A stretch of 64,000 nucleotides of DNA, from NCBI RefSeq assembly GCF_000150275.1, contig NW_002060945.1:2441172-2505171 (forward strand). Reading direction: 5' to 3'. Both the position numbers and the translations under genes were made by a program. Source of the DNA: Trichoplax adhaerens. Lineage: Eukaryota; Animalia; Placozoa. Shown piece after piece: positions 1 to 10,121 of the stretch (the stretch's first letter is position 1; each line of letters starts with the position of its first letter). The notes under the pieces were generated by a model. The model ran no database searches. It saw nothing but the letters and a program-made list of their open reading frames with translations, and was not told the DNA's origin.

Positions 1-74
1 ATAAAAATAACGCGAACATTTCTTAGGCCTCTTTGCATTAACAACTTTTATGTTATTCATTGCTTAATATACAG

Positions 75-2307
75 AGTAAAAGGAGCTGCAAATGTTCCCG
101 CTAATGCGGCAACGGTTGGCAAACAATCACAAGAAGATTCCTACCATGTTATGGGACCACTACTAGAATTCTTAGATAGCCAGTAAATAATTTCAGACTT
201 TTGATTTATTAAAGTTTTGGTTACTCAGTCTCATGAATTAATTTATCTGACGCTTGACTTTTTAATTTAAATAGTTTAAATTCGTATCACCACAAATGTG
301 ATAAAAATATTTTGAAAAGGATTTTAAAGGTTTGTCATTTAGTAGTATAGGATGGTAATTGACTCAATCAATCGTAAAATAACCGTCCTCATCTTGATAT
401 ATATCATTTAGGAATTATGGAGGCTTGTATTATCAAAAATGGAAAGGGTCGTAGTTCTCCCTCCGTTATCTGATGTTAAAGTAAGTAGTATCGTCCTAAA
501 ATACATTCTGTAAACCTAAAATAATCTAAATCTTACATATTACATATTTATGTTGCCTACCGTTCTTTTTACTGGCTTTTAAGATTATATTCTTGCATAA
601 TTTTATTGAATAATATAGGAAATTGCAAGGGAAGGCAGCAAAAATTTAAGTCCAAAGCAATGTTTCATTTTAGAAATTGGCCTTAAAAATATCTTGGTAA
701 GGACATTATAATTTTTTGGTCGATATTTTATAATTTAAAAGCTTTAGAATACTACAGTCTACTACTGTATGTTGCAAATTGAATACTTTATTATGCTACT
801 ATCACTCAGTCATCATTAACTAAGACAACATTCCAAGATATCCTTACTGTTTTTACTCTCTATTTTTGTATCATTTATCTTTGTTTATCTGCAAGTACTA
901 AAATCCGAGTAAAAAGCAACGTATCAGTTGTAACGCTGGTGCAACATTAAATCACGGGTGTTCAATGTCATAACTTTAGCAATATGTGTGTTACTTATAA
1001 CAAATCAAGTTCTTAAGCCTTTGTAGTCAAATTTCATCTAAAACTGCGAGATTTAGGATATCAAATGACATGTATAATACTTACTTATCTTGATTCCTTG
1101 CTGCCCTATGATAGCAAACGTTCTAGTAATGAACTGTAATTCTTCAAAGTAATCACTAATCAGAACTTAATTGCGCTGTACAGCAATATTTCCATGCTGG
1201 TGGCAACGGATTAAAGAAAGGTTATCTTGAAAAGAGTGTTGAATGGCAGTCTCTTCGCTATGCCCTCTCTCTTTACACACAAACAACAGATACGTTAATT
1301 AAAACTTTTGTTGAAAGCCAGACAGCTCAAGGTAAGAATACTATTAACTTTTTGTATACATTTAACACTTTGCATAGAAAATTTAATTTAAATACATAAC
1401 ACCATTGAAACCAAAATTGCAATATCGCATTAATTTTTAGATCGATATGGACTTGATGATTGTGTTGGCGAACTGAATTTACAAGTAGAATTATTTACTC
1501 ATCCCGGCACCGGAGAACATAAAGTTACTGTTAAAGGTTTGTTTTTATGCATACTTTTTATTGCTACGCTAAAATCTAGATTACTGTCTTAATTACTAAC
1601 TTAGTTACTGACAAAATTCGTTTCCTGATAATTTTTAGTTGTGGAAGCTACTGGACTTTTATGGCAATCTACTAGTAAGTTTACTGTTATAGCATCGGTA
1701 TTATAGAAAGAGAGAATAACAGATAGTTGTATATGTGCTCTTATCATGTACTTTCTTTCAGACATGTTTAGACCATTTGTCGAGATCAATGTTATTGGGC
1801 CACATTTGCACGATAGAAAACGCCGACAGTCAACTAGATCAAAAAGTAACAACTGGGACCCAAAGTTTAATGAGATATTTTATTTGTAAGTGCTTAAAAA
1901 CAATTCGTAATCGGAATATTCCTTATTTCATAATTAAATTGCCTTAGTAAATACATTTTACATAAGTGAATAGGATTTTATACCCTAACATTGAAATTTA
2001 TTTCTTCATCCACAGTATTCTCAGTAATGAAGATGATCCTTATAGTTTCGAATTGCATATTTGTGTTCGAGATTACTGTTTTACCCGACAAAACCAACTT
2101 GTTGGGATGTGTGTTATTCAATTACGTGAAATTGCCGACGTTGGCTCCCGCTCTTGCTGGTGGCCATTAAGTCGAGCTGTTTATATGGACGAAACAGGGC
2201 GTACTGTTCTTCGTATACTATCACAAAGAATGCATGATGAAGTTGCCAGGGAGTTTGTTACCTTAAAATCGGAATGTCGCCCTGGCAATAACTTGGCTAG
2301 AAATTAA
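75..2307 (+). CDS. unc13: Unc-13/Munc13 homolog, 3' part (end of MUN domain plus C2C domain); gene begins upstream of the window
   Basis: Exons 75-182, 275-329, 412-480, 619-696, 1184-1331, 1441-1536, 1639-1674, 1762-1885 and 2016-2307 are GT-AG and phase-consistent (the first acceptor could be 77). They give [108 protein letters not shown] and [36 protein letters not shown], hallmark Munc13 C-terminal sequence. Confidence 0.96.
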
Positions 2308-3480
2308 AATATAATAATCACTGTCTACTTATTAATAGTATGTTATTAACGCAACTATTTTACTTTAATGAAATATATATTCTTTGTATGTAGACAATTC
2401 TTGATTTGCATGTATACGGTATAGTGAATGACTGTATATGATGATATTCAGATAGTATGTTAATACATTTTAGTATCAGAAAGCGTAAAGCAAAAAGCAC
2501 TGACATCTACTTATAAAATGTCAATCCGTTTTCTATCAAGATTACAGATATTAAGCGACCTTATTCTTATCTATAATTTATATTCTATTTGTTATATTAT
2601 ATCACTCTACCTTTTACAATATTGTCGAACAGACATATTTGATATGATTGCTTGAGGCAATTTGAAATATTACCACCAATGTAGGTTAAATGTACTCTAA
2701 ATTATTATAATCCATTCGCCATCATCACTCGAAGCTGTGTATCAATTCCTAATATCAATCGCTGTTGGCAAAAATTTTTGTATCATATTTGTAATAATCT
2801 AACTGATAGTAAAAATACCTAATTAATATGCAGCATTTCCACTATTAATGATAGAGTAATTTTCATCAGCAGCAAAACTTGATCAATAAAGCATTTATAA
2901 GGAAGCATTTGAGAATAAGAGTTTATCGATGCGTGTTATGTCTTAAATGTAAAATCCTGATGTCTGGCAAGGCCTAATTTTACGATTTTATTTAAGCCTG
3001 TGTAGATGTCGTTAGTCTACATATGATTTTGTAATTCACAGCACAGTATATACACAATTTCTTGTCATCGTCGATTTCCTTTCTAAATATAAGGTAAGTT
3101 ACGATAGGTTATTGCTATATACAGTTTGCTTACTCTACTCTGATATAGAATTATTAGTTCTGCACTCTCATATTATGGGTATACTCGTATTGCATCATCT
3201 ACAGTGTGTACTATGTACTGAACATAAAACTATTTTTAAAGAATAAAGACTCCATTTAGCTAGCAAATCAATTACTATACATGCATCTTGTAGATTTATC
3301 ATGCACGAGGATGTCGGATCCTTAGCGATATATTTCGAATTGGTCAAATTGTAAGACTTTAAACATTCTTAATCATTTTTATGGATTACTTTCGAGTTAC
3401 ATAGGCAGAAACAGGCGCAACATCGATCTCGTTACCAATCCACAGAAACAAATATTTCTGCTCATGTATATAACCGAAAA

Positions 3481-3502
3481 ATATATATATATATATATAT
3501 AT
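3481..3502. repeat. (AT)n microsatellite
   Basis: About 11 AT units. A shorter (AT)n run lies at 4321-4337. Confidence 0.9.
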
Positions 3503-5216
3503 TTAGTCTTGAAAAGAAGATTCATAGCTAATAAACGTCGTTAAATACTGGTATTAATATATTCCTAACAATTGCATGCTGAAATGGATCTTTATCTAAC
3601 TTTTTATTTTGCATAAAGGGATTTTGGGTCTTAGAATAGCTACCAATATGATTTTTGATGCTAGTTGTGTACTCTATAATTACAGAACGATTGAAGTTTA
3701 TTCCATTGAATGAATTGCGTATGCCAAAATTACGTACATCGCAAAGATTACTATAGTAAATTGGTTATGCAGTAAAAAACTTATCAAAATTTTCAACCAC
3801 AAATGCATAAATTGTAGCAAGAGATAGTGTGAAGATGTAATAAAATTATAAGATAGTCCTCCTAATTTGTTCGCCATCAGCGTGTATGCTATAGTACTGA
3901 CAGTCTTCTGTTTTTTATCAGTATAGAATGAAAAAAGCGATTTCGACAGAGCAAGAGACCTCGTGACATTAAGGGCTTGTACAAGTAAAACCGGAACGAA
4001 ATCTCCAGTAATCTAATGGACAATAACAGACGGTATAGAACGTATGCGAATCGTACCCCACTAACACGAAACGTATATGGCTACGTGCCATTTATTACGA
4101 AGAAAGTGTAGCAGTAAATTATCTTAAGGCAAATAACTGTTAAATGTATAATAAAATTTGTATTTATCCTACCATCAAAGACTTCGATTCGCCAATATTG
4201 AGTATTATCGATTCTCTATTATAACAATTTATTTATATGAAAGATAGATTTGTATACAAACATTTTCTTCGATATTTAGAGATGATTACAGGTTTGATCA
4301 TAGCTTTGTCGTAGATACACATATATATATATATATAAAAGAATTTTGAAACAAAAGCAGTCTGTAGCTGTTGATTTTCCCTCAGTATGGACTAAACAAA
4401 AAGTAGGCAAATAGCATTTATATAATACTATTGCAAAATTTTACATGCATAAATATGTATTATTTCTGATATATTAAATATCGTATGACAAATTACCTGC
4501 ATGATCAAACAAATGAAGATTTATGTGATATTTTTTTATACTCTTTAACATCTAGAGACAGAAAACACTATAAGAAGGACAAACTTTAGTCAAAAAAGTT
4601 GATGCATTACTTTTACCACGTGAATAATTATAGTAATCAATAATGTCGTGGAAATGTCTATTTACAGCACACACCTTAAGTTAATTAAACCTTTATATAC
4701 TGATGATGTGGGACATCATTATTAAATCAAAAACAGCGTGCATCGCTTAGATGCCTACAAGGGCTGCTTATTCTTTTTTAAACCAAGACTAAGCACATCC
4801 AATACAGTATAACCTAAAAGAAGTCAACTCAGTACATATTTTGGTCCAATAAATGTACGTGTATGTCATCCGCAACGTTGAGATAATCCTAACCGAAACG
4901 TTTTAAAAATTAAAAAAATATTATGATGATATCGCCATCGTTTTAATGCTCATTACTGGGTATAACGCTCAATATAGTGTGCTATGGTTTGATAATTTTC
5001 CAACGCATTAACGTATCGATAGTTTTAAATTTAAGTTGATACTTTAATACTATATAGGTACAGGCATTTGTCATTGCTCACACTATCAGACACTAGAAAA
5101 GTCTATTTCCGATATAGACATAACAGATGACTACAAAAGGGAAAAAAGTTGAAAGATTCAGAACTGTTCAATTTTGTTACAGCGTTGAATCAATAATGCT
5201 GTGCTAATCTTACCAA

Positions 5217-8200
5217 CTACATGCGGCTCTTTTTTGGCCCAGTAGTAGAATTATCTTTACTTTTTAATTTTCTTTTACGATCAGATTCCTATATGAAATT
5301 GACACAAACAAGTATAACGTAGAGTAAATAAGAATACTTTTCAACGAGATTCGCGTTACATTATACAAGCTTCATATAAAATAGCATTACTTTATCTTCA
5401 AAGTATATTAAATACTCCATTGAATTCGAGCAGAATTTTAGTATAGCAGCGCTATATTGTTATAGCAAGTACAAGTAATTGCAATTGTATCTTCAAGAAT
5501 GTGGATACTGCAGTAGATCATTAAATCTCAGCTAAAATATAGCTCAGCAATATCATATTATTGTAGTGACACCAGTCACTCAATATATATTCAGTCCATA
5601 CAGGTTACTTACTTTACTCGAATTTGCATCATTTTCTCCATTATGATCTTGTTTAGAATTACTATGCAGATAATAATAACGCAACAAGGAATTTGTTTTG
5701 TCGGTGCCTATTTTCTTGGCTGTAATATTATGGATTTGAACAATAAATGAAAAGGTACAGCATAATTACCGAACTAATCTGCCTTATCATCCATCTTTAC
5801 AATGTTAAGGCGAAAAATAGCAGAATGAAATCATTGTTACCGTCATTAAATTATAAGCATAATTAAATTAACCAACTCAACTTTATATGGAAGATAATAC
5901 TGTCGACTATGTGGAATAATTATTAAGATCTTACTTGATCTCGTTGTTATACATCTATCATTTAAATCGATAGCATATTACGTAAAATAAAAGATAGACA
6001 ATCCACTCGTACAATCTCTTAGTTGATTTTGACTATGCGCACGGTCCAATGTACGACGTTATTACTTTATTATTCTATTACGATTAAATATCAATTTGCC
6101 AAAGTCTATGCCAATAATAAACGATATGTACTTTTTAGAACAGTCATTGAAATTTGATTTTAAATTCTCTTTACAATACTTTTAACATTCAAAATGATAC
6201 GGTACTATGCGAAATAACGACTTTCATTGCGCGTATTTCCAACTTACCACGTTCCGAGCTGTCGTCCCTCGTTGATAAATATACTCGAACTGTCTGTAAT
6301 TTGCCAAGAGATATTTATGAAAATAATAGTGCAGTTAATTTGTTTCCAATTGATAATTTATAACAATACTTATACAAGTATCCATTATTTTACTGGATAA
6401 TACTGTACAATCACTAACGCCATAATTCATTCAAAAATGTAAAGCATGAGTATAAAGTAGATTAATGATGCATCAGCATACCGTTCTAGTCACATCCGAG
6501 CTTGATTTTCGAACTCGACTAAAGTTGTCTCTATCCAACGATGGTAAATCTTTCAAGAATTCACCCTAATACAGTAAAAGTTGAGTATTTTAAAAGTGCC
6601 TTCTGTTCAATAGGAAATATCAGCGTTGTGGATTTCTATTTAATAGTTGCAAGGTCAAGTATCCTGTACTGAGTGTACACCATGCTTGCAGTCACATATA
6701 CTGCAGTAATTCCTGGCGTTGAAAAGGGGGTGATAGTTGGAATATCTGTCTACTTTAGTAGTTCCTGGTGGTCACTGTACCGCTATTATTGTCTGTAGAC
6801 TGTAAAGTACTGCGTTTGTAATTTTAAGTTTATGTTTACCTGGAGAAGAGATAGAAACTATCCACAATATTGTCAAGCGTAAAAGCCATCGACGCAGTTA
6901 TTATAGAAACAGGTTCAATATTGATCGTAAAAGTATTTGGCATACCTTTTTCCAATTTTTCACAATATATTATAAACTTAATTTCCAACAATAAATGTGA
7001 TGATGCGAAAGACCGCTGAAAAAACTGCAACTCTTGTCTGATACGCAGTACTATCGTTTTTAATGTTTAGCGTACTATGACGTAGAGCATGATATGCCCG
7101 ATCTATCTACTCTACAGTATCATTAATAGTCTAATTTTAATGTTCTTAACCATCAACGCTAGGCTTTGTTTCAATTTGTTCATTAATAATCATTCTTCTC
7201 GAATGGAAAGCGCCTTAAAAGTACGTACTGCTCTCTGCCTGTATAGTTTACATGAGGTAGCGAAAAGATGATACATACATACCATGACAGTTGAAGTCTA
7301 CATAGAAGTAAACTCTTCTTGTTAATATGTCCTTTTAGTAGACATTTCTTTTACATTGAATCATGCACAGAACAAAGAATTACGTCTTGGATTTTCGTCA
7401 AATTCTTAGAAACCTATCAAGTCATACTGTATTCATTTTTACATCTACTCGTATCTATATAGGTTTATATATTAGGTATGATTAACGTACTGGGTACAAT
7501 AGCAAGCTATCGATGTCTGTATCACTCTAGAGACCCTACTGGAAGGGTGTCTATATCAGCCGATCTGGTAGGCTGCAGCACTTGCTATCCAACATTGGCA
7601 ATGTGAATGGTAAATGCGACTACCAACGTTCATGATGTCCGTTTAATTTGTTCTGCTAGCGATCGCATTAGCGATTTTGCAAATGATAGAAAAGTAATGT
7701 TAACATCTGCCTAAAGGAACATTAGTAGTAAGGTTGTTCTCCTCCTCCTATGTATTTCTTGCTGTGAAGCATCAACTACAAAAAATATACTTCAAGTATT
7801 CCTATTCCATCTCATCTCTTACTTGAATGGATGATCGACATCCATCATCAAGGAACTTAAGTAATGTAGGTATGATGGATCACCGATTTTCATGGATGTT
7901 GAAATCCATCGGCATGGAAACGGGAAAACGGGTGACACGTCAATGTTGACGATAAGCAGCAATCGTCATTGATAGTGAGAGAGAAGGTTTAAGATATAAT
8001 TACGTAATTACTGTAGGAAAGGGAGGAGGGAAGGAGGAAATGTCTTTCCACTTTCTCCTTGTACCTATGTGGATGTCTTCATTGTGATCATTAAGGCTGT
8101 AGTAATCAATGTTGAATTTTATTTCATCCGTACAGACTGTGTCAATGGCATGACGACAAGAAAATGTTGACTTGAATAACTGCGCTATCTTTTCAATGAC

Positions 8201-8286
8201 TGATAGTCAAGCCATGTTATGATATGGCCTCTCTCATCACTACTCTTCTATCTTAGCATCATTCTATTTCAAAGCAAACTTACCAT
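5217..8286 (-). CDS. DDA1: DET1- and DDB1-associated protein 1 (CRL4 ligase subunit), about 103 aa, 5 coding exons
   Basis: Minus-strand exons 8286-8284 (ATG only), 6565-6482, 6293-6248, 5719-5613 and 5288-5217 splice in frame to M-GEFLKDLPSLDRDNFSRVRKSSSDVTRT-TVRVYLSTRDDSSER-AKKIGTDKTNSLLRYYYLHSNSKQDHNGENDANSSK-ESDRKRKLKSKDNSTTGPKKSRM*. This matches DDA1 motifs (FLKGLPVYNKSNFSRF, VYLPTRE, TEKTNILLRYL, basic tail). Which ATG exon is used is inferred; an alternative ATG|GT lies at 7285-7283. Confidence 0.88.
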
Positions 8287-8610
8287 TGCCATTCATTAAA
8301 ATCATGATAGTTATAATCGATGTGCTGGATCTTATCAATTGGATAGACTGAAGGTTGCAGCAGAAGAGAAATTTCAATCTTTGAGCCGCAATCGTCAAGT
8401 CCACACTAGGCCCTCCTGCGTTTCAATGTAATAACTCCTGAGTCGGTGCAGTTGACTAGATCGTCATCCAGCCTTGGTCAACGTTGAAGGTGGCATATCA
8501 CTAGTTGAAGATCATCTTGGTCTTTGACCTGGACATGGAAGAGTGAAGACGCCACTGTATGAATATGGACTATAGTATGAGCAAATACTTGAGCAAGATG
8601 TCGTTTCCCA

Positions 8611-9780
8611 CTAGGGCGGTGGATAACGTCTATCTGGGCCTAATGTCATAGTGTACAGTGTACAGTACAACACTCTACAGTACTTAATACCGTCAGTACA
8701 GTACTGTACTGTACGTACTGTACAGTGTACATTGGCCAATGGAATTTCGTCTTTACAGTACTGTACTGTACTGTACAGTACAGTACGGTAGGAAGTGCAG
8801 GGGCAACCTCTTTCAGTACATTTGTCGACATTACTATCGCAATACCTTAGAAACATGACGCACAAGCAGTACCACAGCGCTGGATGATATTATGTTGTGT
8901 TACTTGTGTATGGTCGTCAGCGAGCACATTTGCCCCCCGGCCTTTTCCCTCAGTGATGGTGGCCCAGAAGGGACAAGCAGGTTTTACATTATTTGCCCAA
9001 CTCTGTACAGTACATTTGTCTACTGCACTGTACTATCACGATACCTTAGAAACATGACGCACTGGCAGCGCTGGATAATATTATGTTGTGTATTGGTCGT
9101 CAGCCTGCACATTTCCCCCCCTACCCCTCCAGTTATGGTGGCCGAGAAGTACAGTACAGTACAGTACTGTACAATGTACTGTACAGTGCAGCACAATAGT
9201 ACTGTACTGTCATTCTGGGCCACCGTACTCAGTAGTACAGTACTGTAAGTTGAGTGTAACAGTCTTCTGCACTCCAAAATTGGCGTTCAAACTAAACCTG
9301 AGAAAGGTTTAGCGAGTTGGAGCATGGTGGAAGTAAACAAATCAAGACTTTTTATTCCTATTCAGTTGGACTGACTTTACTGTGGGTTGCAGCAGTAGAG
9401 TAGAATAAGATATAGTCGACCTTATTACAGGGACATACAGTACTGTAGTTAGCAATTGTAATAAGAACAGCACATACAATGTGACGCAATGCAGCATAAA
9501 AGCAGCACGTTAAAAAGTCACGCATATCGCCATATGGTCACGCATACAGACCTGGAGTGTCTCTAGTCATGCAGTGTTTAGTCATCAACTACCAAAAGAA
9601 GCTTGAACCTTCTTTTAGTTGCCTATGGTAGAGCACTTTACGCAACAAGAGTACTCACCACACAATCCCTGCTGTAAGTACACTACCTTAAATAGAATTC
9701 TTGGCCATACTGGAGCGCGCTTCTAACGAAATGTCCTTACAGTGCAGTATAGTAGTGTACGTACAGTATACTGTACGGTT
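8611..9780. promoter_or_regulatory. CAGTA/TACTG palindromic-microsatellite island; probable DDA1 promoter region
   Basis: Dense clusters of gtacagtactgtac-type words at 8650-8790, 9000-9035, 9149-9250, 9436-9450 and 9738-9780. GC content is visibly higher, with a GGGCGG at about 8614 and several TGACG half-sites. It lies immediately 5' of the inferred DDA1 first exon. Confidence 0.55.
8815..9146 (+). repeat. Diverged direct duplication, period about 193 bp (about 8815-8965 and 9008-9146)
   Basis: Shared blocks cagtacatttgtc, ataccttagaaacatgacgcac, cagcgctggat-atattatgttgtgt, tggtcgtcagc, gcacattt-ccccc and atggtggcc. Confidence 0.9.
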
Positions 9781-9791
9781 TCCTGCACACT

Positions 9792-10121
9792 GTTGTAGAC
9801 CCAACCATTTAAATGGATATTTTTGCACACTTGGCTGAAACTGTCCTACTGGTGCTGTAGTGCAGTATGTCCTTAACTTTAACAATAGTCCAAAAATAAT
9901 AATGATATCAATGTTAGTAATAGTCAAAAAATAATAATGATATCTATGTTAGTAATAGTCAAAAAATAATAATATTATATAGATTAATCATAGTCAAAAA
10001 ATACAGTAATAATAAAATATATATTATATAGAGAGAGTAACATATATATATATAGATGACGAATCCCAAGTTTCAGCTAAGTGTACAAAAAACATGAAAT
10101 TCAGATGGTTGGGTCTACAAC
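9792..10121. mobile_element. Non-autonomous DNA transposon / MITE-like element, 330 bp
   Basis: About 50-bp imperfect terminal inverted repeats (gttgtagacccaaccat...cacttggctgaaac versus gtttcagctaagtg...atggttgggtctacaac). A 5-bp direct repeat ACACT flanks both ends. The interior is AT-rich and non-coding. Confidence 0.75.
9883..10002 (+). repeat. 35-bp minisatellite, about 3.5 copies, inside the MITE
   Basis: Unit aatagtcaaaaaataataatgatatc(a/t)atgttagt, with the third copy diverged. Confidence 0.9.

Noticed and set aside
8850-8925. Minus-strand gctgacgaccatac resembling the 5S rRNA 5' end
   Set aside because: The similarity stops after about 13 nt, with no internal box A/C or 3' stem.
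8611-9312. Five overlapping ORFs rich in YCTVQYST
   Set aside because: These are translation artefacts of the CAGTA/TACTG palindromic microsatellite; similar peptides appear on both strands.
9346-9417. Telomerase RNA CR4/5 (P6.1-like tcag-TTGGA-ctga)
   Set aside because: The helix order is reversed relative to P6/P6.1, and no CUAACCCU template lies upstream.
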